A stretch of DNA of 64,000 nt from Coriobacteriales bacterium. GTDB taxonomy: Bacteria > Actinomycetota > Coriobacteriia > Coriobacteriales > UBA8131. Positions 24,077-34,600 of this stretch are shown piece after piece (position 1 is the stretch's first letter; every line of letters begins with the position of its first letter). The stretch is taken from NCBI GenBank assembly GCA_031263025.1, contig JAISGO010000016.1, forward strand, positions 28,018 through 92,017, given 5' to 3'. A program made the position numbers and the translations under genes. The notes beneath the pieces are model-generated. The model had not been told where the DNA came from. It did no database searches and saw only the letters and a list, made by a program, of their open reading frames with translations.

Positions 24077-24646
24077 ATGATGAACCTGCTCGAGACATTC
24101 CTGATCGCCCTCAGCCTGGCCGCCGACGCCTTCGCGGTGTCGCTCGGCAAGGGGTTGGCCACGCGACGGCTGCGGGTGCGCGATTTCGTGGCGGTGGCGC
24201 TCTGGTTCGGCGGGTTCCAGGCGCTGATGCCGCTTCTGGGCTATTTCTTGGCCGACCTCTTCGCGGTCTACGTGAGCGCGGTGGGCGGCTGGATCGCCTT
24301 CGCCCTCCTGGTGCTGATCGGCGCTAACATGATCCGCGAGGCGCTGGCGGGCAAAGTCGAGGAGGAGGATGCGAGCTTCGGACCGCGTAGCCTGGCCCCG
24401 CTCGCGGTAGCCACGAGCATCGACGCCTTCGCCGTCGGCATCTCTTTCGCACTCCTGCCCGATGTGGCGATCGGCTGGTCGGTGCTCACGATCGGCCTGG
24501 TCACCGCCGTCCTCTCGGCCGGTGGCCTCAAACTCGGCAACCTCTTCGGCGAGCGCTACAAATCCCGCGCCGAACTCGCCGGCGGCATCATCCTCATCCT
24601 GATCGGCCTCAAGACCGCCGCCGAACAGCTCGGCCTGCTGCCTTGA
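24077..24646 (+). CDS. mntP: Manganese efflux pump MntP
   Basis: 189 aa. LIALSLAADAFAVS and ATSIDAFAVGISFA are the duplicated DUF204 half-motifs characteristic of MntP. Confidence 0.85.
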   Translation: MMNLLETFLIALSLAADAFAVSLGKGLATRRLRVRDFVAVALWFGGFQALMPLLGYFLADLFAVYVSAVGGWIAFALLVLIGANMIREALAGKVEEEDASFGPRSLAPLAVATSIDAFAVGISFALLPDVAIGWSVLTIGLVTAVLSAGGLKLGNLFGERYKSRAELAGGIILILIGLKTAAEQLGLLP

Positions 24647-24742
24647 TGTAACAAAGGGACGTTTCATTTGATACATTGGCAGACGGTTCAACTTAAGGGG
24701 AGAATAAACTCAATGTATCAAATGAAACGTCCCTTTGTTACA
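24647..24742. repeat. REPIN-like doublet of the 29-bp palindromic repeat TGTATCAAAGGGACGTTTCATTTGATACA
   Basis: Copies at 24647-24675 and 24714-24742 in opposite orientation. The spacer contains GCAGACGGTTCAA. Confidence 0.8.
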
Positions 24743-24750
24743 TCCCCCTG

Positions 24751-25407
24751 TTACACCTTAGTCGCGAAGACGGAGTAAGCGCGGCCGTCAAGGAGGGGTA
24801 TTATCTTGCATTTGAAACCCACTTGGGCAGTGGTATCAAGCAGCTCGTCCGGCTCGTAGAAAGCGTAGCCGGTGCGGGTGTGTGGGTGAGTTGCGAGTTC
24901 CGCGTTGGTGTAGAGGACGTTGAGGAAATGGCCACCGGGTTCGAGGACGCGGTGGATCTCGTGCAGAGGGCGGGAGAGGTCGGGCCAGAAGTAGACGGTG
25001 TTGATGGTGAAGGCGCTAGTGAAGGTCGCGTCGGGAAAGCCCAGGTCGGCGACGTCTTGGCAGGAGAAATCCATACTCCCACCGGCGATGGCTTTACGGT
25101 TGCGCCGGCGGGCGGCGGCGATGATGTCCCGTGACAGGTCGATGCCGCTGAAGTGGTAAGATGCGCCAGGTACGTTTGACGTGCCAGACGTACCGGCTCC
25201 ACTTGCCAACTTCTCTGCCAAAAGGCCCAGCACCAGGCCGTTCCCGCAGCCGACATCGAGGACACGCCCTCCGGAGCTTGTCGGCAGAAAGCCGATCAAC
25301 GCGTCATAAAGCGCTCGGTTGCGAGCGTTCATCACCGCCGAGACCATCCACCCCGCAACCCCTTGTGGCCGACCGAAATGCCGTGATATGAACTCGTTCA
25401 TCCCCAT
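24751..25407 (-). CDS. Class I SAM-dependent methyltransferase
   Basis: Motif I VLDVGCGNG. ATG 25407 with AGGAGGG upstream is preferred over the track start 25464, which lies inside the repeat element. Confidence 0.8.
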   Translation of the reverse strand: MGMNEFISRHFGRPQGVAGWMVSAVMNARNRALYDALIGFLPTSSGGRVLDVGCGNGLVLGLLAEKLASGAGTSGTSNVPGASYHFSGIDLSRDIIAAARRRNRKAIAGGSMDFSCQDVADLGFPDATFTSAFTINTVYFWPDLSRPLHEIHRVLEPGGHFLNVLYTNAELATHPHTRTGYAFYEPDELLDTTAQVGFKCKIIPLLDGRAYSVFATKV

Positions 25408-25456
25408 GTTCCCTCCTCTCGCCATTGTAACATACGGATGATAGCGGGGATATCGA

Positions 25457-25573
25457 TGTATCAAGGGGACGTTTCATTTGATACATTGAGGTTGTTTTTA
25501 CTCTTAGATTGAACCGTCTGCTAATGTATCAAATGAAACGTCCCCTTGATACATCAAACGTCCCCTTGATACA
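25457..25573. repeat. REPIN-like doublet (inverted relative to 24647-24742) plus an extra half copy
   Basis: Copies at 25457-25485 and 25525-25553. The spacer contains TTGAACCGTCTGC, the reverse complement of the 24679-24691 spacer core. Half copy at 25554-25573. Confidence 0.8.
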
Positions 25574-25580
25574 TCGAGTG

Positions 25581-25997
25581 TTAGCGACCGTCGCCCTGAA
25601 ATCGGTCGACGAACTCCCTGGGCGTGAGGATCCAGGGCTCCTTAGGGAAGTGTTTGGTGTTGCCGGTGACGAGGACTGAGCCGATGGTTTTCGCTACGTC
25701 GTAGAACTTGCGGTCCTCTTCATCGGTGAAAGTGCGCTTCGAGATGAGCGGGGAGACGGCCATGCCGGCCTTGCAGATGCCTTGTACGAGGAAATCGACC
25801 AGGTCATCCGAGAAAGGGAACTTAGGCCGATGAAGGACGCCCGCGTACTCGGCGATGATAGCGTCGTTGTAACAAGGGGTGAGAAGGCTGTTTACCAGCA
25901 TGTTCACCACCATCTGCGGAGGCGTCGTGTCGGCGCCTTTCACTTTTGCGAAGAGCCCCGAGACCAGGACGTTCGTGTCAATAGTAGCGATCATCAC
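25581..25997 (-). CDS. vapC: PIN-domain toxin (VapC-like)
   Basis: 138 aa. N-terminal IDTNVLVSGL, with later acidic residues typical of PIN. 4-bp overlap with the upstream small gene. Confidence 0.8.
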   Translation of the reverse strand: MMIATIDTNVLVSGLFAKVKGADTTPPQMVVNMLVNSLLTPCYNDAIIAEYAGVLHRPKFPFSDDLVDFLVQGICKAGMAVSPLISKRTFTDEEDRKFYDVAKTIGSVLVTGNTKHFPKEPWILTPREFVDRFQGDGR

Positions 25998-26266
25998 CGC
26001 TCATCTCTGAACGCGGCGATCTCTGCCTCGATCTCATCAGCGCTAAGCTCAATCTCCCGACTCTCCGCGCGCAGGCGCTCGACGACATCCATCATGCGCA
26101 GCTGGTGTAAGATGCGGGCCTGGCGCTCGGGGTCGGCGCCATCGATGTCGATAATCATCTTGGTCGGTATGCCGTTGTTGGTGATGACCACGAAGTTGTC
26201 GAACTTGGCGCTGTCGCAGACCTTCTTGGTCTTGCTCGAAAGATCCTTTACGGTGAAGCTGGTCAT
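25994..26266 (-). CDS. Type II antitoxin partner of the PIN toxin
   Basis: 90 aa, AAGGAG SD, ATGA overlap with vapC. The fold family is not certain from sequence alone. Confidence 0.65.
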   Translation of the reverse strand: MTSFTVKDLSSKTKKVCDSAKFDNFVVITNNGIPTKMIIDIDGADPERQARILHQLRMMDVVERLRAESREIELSADEIEAEIAAFRDER

Positions 26267-26355
26267 GATGACTCCTTAAAAGGTATCTAATAGAGTATAC
26301 CATAGGATAGTAATTAAGATGTACAGCACCAGCTCATAGCCCACCTCCGCAAACG

Positions 26356-26364
26356 TGGCATAAT
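26356..26364 (+). promoter_or_regulatory. Candidate extended -10 (TGGCATAAT) giving a leaderless trpS mRNA
   Basis: The hexamer ends 7 nt before ATG 26372. No SD is present. Confidence 0.3.
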
Positions 26365-26371
26365 TATTCAC

Positions 26372-27397
26372 ATGAAAACATTACTCACTGGTGACCGCCC
26401 GACCGGCCAGTTACATCTCGGGCATTTCGTGGGATCGCTGCGCAACCGGGTGGCCCTGCAGGACAGCGGCGAGTACGCCTGCTTCGTCGAGATCGCCGAC
26501 GTCCAGGCGCTGACCGACAACTTCGCGAACCCCCAGAAAGTGCGCGACAACGTGACCGAGGTGGCTTGCGACTACCTCGCGGTCGGCCTCGATCCGGCCA
26601 AGACCACCATCTTCATCCAGTCGCTGGTGCCCGTCATCGCCGACCTTACTATCTACTACATGAACCTGGTCACCCTCGCCCGGGTCGAGCGCAACCCCAC
26701 CGTCAAATCCGAGCTGCGCGACAAGGACTTCGGCGCCGGCATCCCGGTCGGCTTCGCCACCTACCCGATCAGCCAGGCCGCCGACATCACCTTCTGCAAG
26801 GCCGACGTGGTCCCGGTCGGGGCCGACCAAGCGCCGATGATCGAGCAAACCCGCGAGATAGTGCGCGACTTCAACCGCATCTACGGCTGCGACGTCCTGA
26901 AGGAGCCCGAAGGCATCTACCCGGACGGCGACAAGGTGGCCCGCCTCCCCGGCATCACCGGCAACGACACCAAGATGTCCAAATCCTTGAATAATGCCAT
27001 CTTCTTAGCCGACGATCCTGATACGCTGCGCAAGAAGGTGAAGTCCATGTACACCGACCCGACCCACCTCAAGGTCGCGGACCCGGGGCACATCGAGGGC
27101 AATACCGTCTTCACCTACCTGGACGTCTTCGCCACCGCGCCTGACCAGGTGGCCGAGGTCGCCGCGCTGAAAGAACAATACCAAGCCGGCGGACTCGGCG
27201 ACGTCAAGGTCAAGGACTACCTCTTCGAGGTCCTGGACGGCCTGCTCGCCCCCATCCGCGAACGCCGCGCCACCTTCGCCGCCGACAAAGCCCAGGTGCT
27301 GGCCATGCTCCGCGACGGCACCGAACGCGCCAACGCGGTCGCCCAACAGACCTTGGCTGAGGTCAAACACGCGATGAAGATAGACTACTTCGCCTAA
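26372..27397 (+). CDS. trpS: Tryptophan--tRNA ligase
   Basis: 341 aa. HIGH-type motif TGQLHLGH and the KMSKS motif are present. Overall TrpRS pattern ([12 protein letters not shown]). Confidence 0.9.
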   Translation: MKTLLTGDRPTGQLHLGHFVGSLRNRVALQDSGEYACFVEIADVQALTDNFANPQKVRDNVTEVACDYLAVGLDPAKTTIFIQSLVPVIADLTIYYMNLVTLARVERNPTVKSELRDKDFGAGIPVGFATYPISQAADITFCKADVVPVGADQAPMIEQTREIVRDFNRIYGCDVLKEPEGIYPDGDKVARLPGITGNDTKMSKSLNNAIFLADDPDTLRKKVKSMYTDPTHLKVADPGHIEGNTVFTYLDVFATAPDQVAEVAALKEQYQAGGLGDVKVKDYLFEVLDGLLAPIRERRATFAADKAQVLAMLRDGTERANAVAQQTLAEVKHAMKIDYFA

Positions 27398-27411
27398 CAG
27401 CCCCCACCATC

Positions 27412-27514
27412 GGGGACACAGAGAGACCGAACGTCTCCCGCGTGAAACACTTTGTGTGTCCCCGAACCGCGATATGACTTTGACCTGGCTTCGGGGACAA
27501 GCAAGCATGTCCCC
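27412..27514. terminator. Two GGGGACA...TGTCCCC hairpins between convergent trpS and merR-like genes
   Basis: GGGGACACA (27412-27420) pairs with TGTGTCCCC (27455-27463). GGGGACA (27493-27499) pairs with TGTCCCC (27508-27514). They belong to the GGGGACAC palindrome family. Confidence 0.5.
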
Positions 27515-27546
27515 GCTCTCTAGGGCATGTCCCAGCTCTCGCCTTT

Positions 27547-28371
27547 CTACTTTTCGCCTTCGCCCGCTTGCAACCCGATCATTATCTTGGAGAGGTAACG
27601 GTCGGGGTCGGTGCAGGTAGCCTCGTTCTGGATGTAGAGCCGGTAGACGCCGCCGCGCGGGGACAGTCCCTCGGCTTTGACATAGTCCTCCAGCCGTTCG
27701 CGCAATCCCTCGCTCTCGCCGTAGTTGCCCCGGCAGTAGCCGACTAGGTACAAGCCGGCGGGTAAAAGCTGCAGACCGCGGGGGTTGAGCGAGAAGAAGC
27801 GGTCGGGACACCAGGGTCGGCTGAGGAAATCGGCGAAGTCGCGGGTGTAGCCGCCGAGCGGGAAGTCTCCTTTGTAACCCTGCTTCTCCATGGTCCGCCA
27901 GGCCTTGAGGAAGGCTGGCACGTAGGCGCCCGGCCTGTAAGGCTGGTTGACGGTGGCGAAGGCGACGTGCCGCTCGTTCAGGCGCTTGATGGTGAAGGCG
28001 TCCAGGTCGCTCACATTATCACTCTCATGGATCATGTTCTTGAGTGTCGCGACGCTCGCGCGGGCTTGCTGCAGCTTGTCGATCTGCGCGGAGATGGCAT
28101 ATTCCTGCTGGTCTAGCAGCTCGTAGCTGGCAGCGTGGTCGTCCCGCCTCGCCATGTAGAGCCGGATCAGGTCCAGCGGGACGTCAGCCGAAGCCAGGAA
28201 CTTAATGGTGGCGGCGACGTTGGCCTGCATGACCTGATAGCTGCGCCGGCCGTTCACGTCCTTGTGCTGGGGCCGGAAGATGCCGTTCTTGTCGTAATAG
28301 CGCAGGGTGCTGGCCGGGATCCCGGTCAGCTCAGAGAACTGTTTGATGCTCAGAAGCTCGCTTTTCCTCAT
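27547..28371 (-). CDS. MerR family transcriptional regulator with C-terminal GyrI-like effector domain
   Basis: N-terminal LSIKQFSELTGIPASTLRYYDKNGIFRP. 274 aa (BmrR/BltR-like size). Divergent from giant gene 2. Confidence 0.85.
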   Translation of the reverse strand: MRKSELLSIKQFSELTGIPASTLRYYDKNGIFRPQHKDVNGRRSYQVMQANVAATIKFLASADVPLDLIRLYMARRDDHAASYELLDQQEYAISAQIDKLQQARASVATLKNMIHESDNVSDLDAFTIKRLNERHVAFATVNQPYRPGAYVPAFLKAWRTMEKQGYKGDFPLGGYTRDFADFLSRPWCPDRFFSLNPRGLQLLPAGLYLVGYCRGNYGESEGLRERLEDYVKAEGLSPRGGVYRLYIQNEATCTDPDRYLSKIMIGLQAGEGEK

Positions 28372-28628
28372 CGCTACCTCCCTCTCAAAAGTTAAAGTAA
28401 GGTTAAGGAATAATAGTATAACATGCCACCCGCTCTTCCGTGAGCAGCGGGAAATTCCTGCAGAAACAACTCGGTTAAATCTTAAGCTGAACTACCTTGA
28501 ATATGCCTCTAAAGCGTAAGAAACTTCAAGTCAGCTCCACCTATAATCTAACTTCTTATGTTCTGAACTGTTGGTAAGTCCAGGATTTTGGGTTAGTGGA
28601 ATGAGGAAGAGGAAGAAGGGGGAAGGTC

Positions 28629-31600
28629 ATGAAAACGTCGAATGCCCCGAAGCGGAGTCGCTCCTTGGCGAAGCTGGTCTTGTCTGTTATCTTGATAATC
28701 TGCCTGTCCGGAAGCTTGATGTTCGCGAACGGCCTCGACCTGAGCCGTCTGGCCGGCGCCGACACCATTCAGACCAGCGCGGCTAGCGAAACGGAAACGG
28801 CGGCGGAATCCGAGTCGGTAGCTGACTTCGAAGTGACGCCGGAGTCTGAGTCCGCCGTGACTCCCGAACCTGCCGCGGATCCTGAGGAAACGTCACTTGC
28901 CGATCCGGCGGTGGACCCTGAGCCAGCGCTAGACCCCGATCCGGCGGCAGCCCCCGAGGCGGCGCAAGCGCGGGGGGGCAGGGCACAAAGAGCCGCTCCT
29001 GGCACTGGCGTCGGTTTTAGCTGGAACCCTTCAAGCGCCGCTAGTGTGAGCGGCAACATCTTAAAGGTGAACGGGGACATCACCCTCACCACCGACGACG
29101 CCACCATGCCCGCGGTGAACGGAGACCATGCCGTGGCGGTGCCCTGTGGCAAGACCGTCAAGATCTCGGTAGTCACCAACTCGGGCCAAAAGTTTCCTTC
29201 GGGCATCAACCTCGCACCTCAAAGCGGCTCCCTGCCCGGTATCGACGTGGGCGGCGATGCCACCAACTTTACCGCAAGCACCATCCTGAACCTCGACATC
29301 GCGGCTGGCGCGACCGTCACCACCATTGGCGTAGGAGCCTTTGGCGCCGGTATCCGGGTGGAATATCTGAACGCGCAGAAGACCGCCAGCCTGAACGTCA
29401 GCGGCGAGGGCACCTTGAACGCCAATGGCGGCGAATTCAACAACCGAGGAACAAGAGGGAACCCCGCCATCGGCGCTCCCAACACAACTTTGAAAACCAA
29501 CGACTCCGGCAATATCTCTATCGTCGACGCGACGGTGAACGCAAAGGGCGGAGTATATGCGCCCTCAATCGGCGTGGGCACTTCTTCCAACGACGCATCG
29601 GGAAATTTCGCTGGCAACTTCAGCGCTTCCGGCACGGCGACTATCCAGGCTTATGCGAGCGAACGCGCAGCCGCCATCGGGACCGCCGAAACCCTTGAGG
29701 CTAAAGGAGGTGCCAACTTCACTGGCGACTTCAGTTTGAGCGGTCAAGCTAAGCTCACAGCAATAACCTATAACGGCTCTACCGCGATAGGCACAGGCGG
29801 CATTCCTTGTCAAGAGTTTTCCGGAAACGTTGATATCTCCGAACAGGCCACCTTGAAGATCAATGCCCTTACTTACAATGGAGTCATTTATAGTAATAGA
29901 GGAGGCGTTGGCATCGGGAGTTCCACAAGAGCAAAAGGCCTTACCGGTACCATGACTGTGTCAGATGCCGCCACGGTGACCATTTATGCCGGATCAGGCA
30001 TCAATACTAAGGGCGGTGGACAGATCATCGTTAATGGTGGTCTCTTGGACGTTTATGGCGACGGTGGTGGAAGTGTTGGCTATGATGTCAATGCTGGTAT
30101 CATAGCCGGCGGCGGCACCAAGCCGACCCTGGTCGTCAACGGTGGCACGGTGATTGCCACCGCCGGGACAGATAATGCTGGAACGACCTGGGGACCGGGC
30201 ATCAACGGCAACGTGATCATAAATGGCGGCTCCCTCTACACTTCAGGGGCTTCCGGGGTCGGCCAGTCCGGTGGTGCGGTTGACACAGCGACTGTCGGTT
30301 CTCCTTCTATCAAAGGGACGGTCCAAAACAATGCTGGTAAAGACCTTTACCCGGTTTACGTGGACGCCGGGTATGCCACCAGCGGCACCATCGCGGTGCC
30401 TGCGGCGGTCGGCTTTATCAGTAGCGATTACACCGCGCCCTTGGGCGACTTACGCCAACCCGACCTGGGCGGCCTGCTGCCGGTGGGTTATCTGAACGAG
30501 CTGGGGATGCCACCACTACCCACCACTGACACACTGGCCGCGGTGCTCTGGCTCCCGGGAGCGGCCGGTCCAAGCTATGCCGAGTATAGCGGGGTGGTTG
30601 CTTCGGCTAACCCCACAGGCGGCATCTATGAGGTTAAAGTCGAGGACAACAACAAAGCCTTTGGCCCTGAGAACTTGAGTGGAACGGCTTTGCAGACCAA
30701 ACTCAACCTGGTGAAAGTGGAACCAGTCGTCCAGATCGGTTTCAAGTGGTCGCTCGATGGTAGCGCTTGGGCAGACAGGAACAAATACGTCTCCCAAGAC
30801 CCCAACACCCATATCGCCACCATAAACGGCTCAACAGACCAGCAAAACCCGCTTGAGCTGTGGATCAGTACCGCTAACGATCAAGCCGATTGGCTGTACG
30901 GTACCTCGGGTAACTACACTAAAGGCGGTCAAGGCCAAGCTTCGCCTGACCACGCCATCGCCATCAAAACGGGCACTTACGTTACCTTGCATGTGCTGGC
31001 TGATACGTCAGGGCAATATGGCACTACCGTCACTGGCGGCATTAACTGCAGCCCCGCTGCCGCTACAGCGGTTCCTGGCATTGATGTGGGCGGCGCGGTT
31101 ACCACGCTTAATGCCAATACCACTCTCAACCTCAATATCGCTGATACGGCTAAAGTGACCTGCGTCGCCGCACAGGAGACGATTCCTGGCGTGCGGGTCG
31201 AATATACAAGTAGCAATGCTTACGCCAACTTTAACCTAAGCGGTAAAGGGACGCTGGAAGTTAACAATAATTTTCTTAAAACTAATAGCGCCGCTGCTAT
31301 TGGTGGCAGCGGGTATGATGTGGCGAACGACTCCACACCTAGCACCTGCGGCAATATCTCCATCAAGGATACTACTGTTGTCGCTATCAACAAAACTTTT
31401 CGTGGTGCTGCCATCGGTACGGGAACAAGCCGTACGTCCAATTTTAAGGGGAATATCTCCATTTTCGGCTCTGCAAACGTAACCGCCACTGCTTTTACTG
31501 GTGTCAGCGGGACGGCTGCTGGTATTGGTACGGCAAGAGAAGATTCGGTAACCGGCGTAACAATTCAAAATAGCTTTACAGGCAGTGTCACTATCTCAGA

Positions 31601-34600
31601 TTCCGCCATCGTGAAAGCGACCGGAGGCGGTGCCGGTATCGGTATGGGCAATAGTAATTCATCAACCCCAGGTTATCTGAGCGGCGCCATCACTATAAGC
31701 GACAACGCCACAGTCATCGCTCAAGGCACGAATCGGTCTGCTGGTATCGGTACGGGTTATGGGAACAATGGTTCTAATAGCATAACCGGCAAGATCACCA
31801 TTGGGACTGGTTCAGGCGATACTTGTAAAGTGTATGCAAAGGGAGGTGATGGCGGTCCCGGTCTTGGCAGCGGAGGCGGGGGGATTAATAATAGCCCGTC
31901 TGGAGATGTTGGAGATATCGTGGTAAATGGCGGAACTTTGATTGCACAAGCTGGGGATGCCGTCGCTACTCGGTATACCTCTAATCCGCCTGCCGCCGGT
32001 ATCGGCAGTGGACCGATTATCCATATAAACAACCAGAGCCTTCCTGGTAAACCGGCAGACCTTACTATCAATGGCGGAACAGTGATTGCTATTGGCTCTG
32101 GAGTAATACCGTATAGCGCTAGCACGCCAAACCCTAACCCGCCAGGTGCTCCTTGGGCACCGGGCGTTGGCTCATCACTAAGGTCCGCAGACGGTGCTAT
32201 GACTACTGGCGGTAGCGTTACCGTGAATGGTGGCTCACTGTACACTTATGGAGCTTCCAGCGTTGGCAAGACAGATGGTAGTGTTAATACTAGTAGCAAA
32301 GCATCACCGTCTATTAGCGGTATGGTTAAGAACGCAGGCGGTAAAACCGCATATCCTGTTTATGTCCAGGATGGGTATGCCAGCGAGGGAACGATTACCG
32401 TACCGGCGCTGAGCGGTGTGACGGCTGCCGCTTATTCAGCACTCCTGTGCGATTTGGACTCGGCTAACTTGGGTGGTTTGCTTGATGCGAACTTCCAAAA
32501 GGCGCTGAGCGATGCAGGTCTGGCTTTCGCCGCCCCTGCGGCTGACCCTATTTCTGCGGTGCTCTGGTTGCCAGGTGCGGCCAACCCCTATAACACCTAT
32601 AAGAACATCACCACCAACTTGGGCGCAGGCACGCGTCAAGCGGTAGTGGAAAACGCCTATCCAGCTTACACGACCGCATATAACAATAAGCGCAACATCC
32701 TTGACGTGCAACCAATCGTGCACTTGGGCTTCAAATGGTCCGAGGACAGCGGAGCCACCAAGAACTGGTTTGACGAGAACGGCAACGTCGATCAGGATAC
32801 AATCAAGCGCGTAGCCACCATCACCGGCTCAAGCGACCCCAACCATCCCTTCGACCTCTGGGTCACCACCGCCAACGACCAGTCGGCTTGGTATTATGGC
32901 TCGCCTGGAAACTATACACCCGGCGGCAAAGGCCAGGCCTCGCCCGATCACGCCATTGCCATCAAAGCCGGCACCTTCGTGACCTTGCACGTGGTCACAG
33001 ACTCCGTTGGCACTTACGGTACTACTGCCAGCGGTGGCCTCAACTGCTCACCTACCACTTACGGCGGGAGCGCGCTTGACCTTTTGAACGGAGCTTCAAC
33101 TACTGACGTCACCGGGCTTACCCTTGACCTTGGTCAAGGTGCGACTTTGACTGCAGCTGGCCATACCTACGGTGCGGGTGTCCGGGTGGCTGACCTGAGC
33201 GCCTATGGCGGCGGCAAGGCCGCTTTGGCCATCACGGGTTCTGGTACACTGATCGCCCGTGGTGGCTTGGGTGATGACGCTTACGGTTCGGCGGGAATCG
33301 GCACGGTCGCCGCTAACGGCGCGAGCGTTGGTTATGGCAATAGCTATGCTAATTCTGCCGACTTGGGCTCTGTCAGTATCTCTGGCTCTGTTAAAGTGAG
33401 CGCCATAGGTGCGGACGACGACGACTATTATGGCGCTGCAGGCATCGGCACAGGTTTTTCTTTTAATGGACGCAGCGGAGACCTCAAGGGCGATATCGAG
33501 ATTTTCGGCGCCGCCCAAGTAAGCGCCCGTGGTGGTGCCTTCGCTTCTGGCATTGGCAGCGGCCTAAGCGATGCTGATAGCTCTGGGTCTTGGAGTGGAA
33601 GCCTTACCATAGGCAGCGATCCTCGGGATACCTGCCAGGTATTCGCCTCAGCGCCGCGGGGAGTGGGGGTTGGTTCTGGTCGAGCTTTCTCCGGTTTTTC
33701 CTCTGGTGACGTCGGAGATGTCTTGGTCAACGCCGGCCTGCTCTATGCGCGGGGTGGAGATGTGGATGATTCTGGCTCGGCGGGAATCGGCAGCGGCAGC
33801 AGCGACCAAGTGTCAACTGGCCGACCGGCTAATCTGACCGTCAGAGGGGGCGTTGTCATCGCCATCGGCGGCAGCAACGATGAGTCCGATCCCAGTCAAG
33901 CGACTGAGTGGGCCCCCGGTATCGGTTCTTCCTTAGGCGGAACCATGAACGGCGGTGGCAGCACCGTGGTAAACGGCGGTAATCTCTACACCTCCGGCGC
34001 CGCCCGTCAAAACGACGGCAGCGTCAACACGACCAGTTTCGCTTCGCCTTCGATCCAGGGTAGCGTCACGAACACGGATAGCACAGACCTTTATCCAGTC
34101 TATGTCCCCTCCAGTTACGCTACTAGCGGCACCGTCACGGTACCAACCATCGCTGGCGCGACTAAGAGTAATTATGCTGCGCCGCTTTGCAATCTTGCCG
34201 CAGCCGATTTGGGTGGGCTTATCAATAGCGGTACCCAAGCTCAGCTCACTCAGACTGGCATTGCCTTGACGGCCCCTACTACTGACCCGCTGGCGGCGGT
34301 GCTCTGGTTGCCCGGTGCGGTCAGCCCCTATCAACGCTACCAGAATATCACCCTGTCTGACAACGCGAGCGTCGGCGCTTTGACCGCGTTGGTGGAGAAC
34401 GCGGTGCCAACCTATGCAGCTGCCCAGGCTTCTGGGTCGACCAGTCAGCCTTATCAGCCAAAGCGCAATATAGTGATTGCCCCCATCATCGACCTCAGCC
34501 AGATCAAACCGGCCAGCCTCAGCGGCCTGACCAAGGTCTACGGCGACAACGACCCCTCCGACTGGATAAGCAAGGTGCAAAGCTATGCTGTAGACATTCT

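Noticed and set aside
27005-27811. 268-aa minus-strand ORF spanning the trpS 3' end, the terminator hairpins and the merR 3' end
   Set aside because: It crosses two well-supported genes and an intergenic hairpin region, with an Arg/Pro/Gly-rich artefactual composition.
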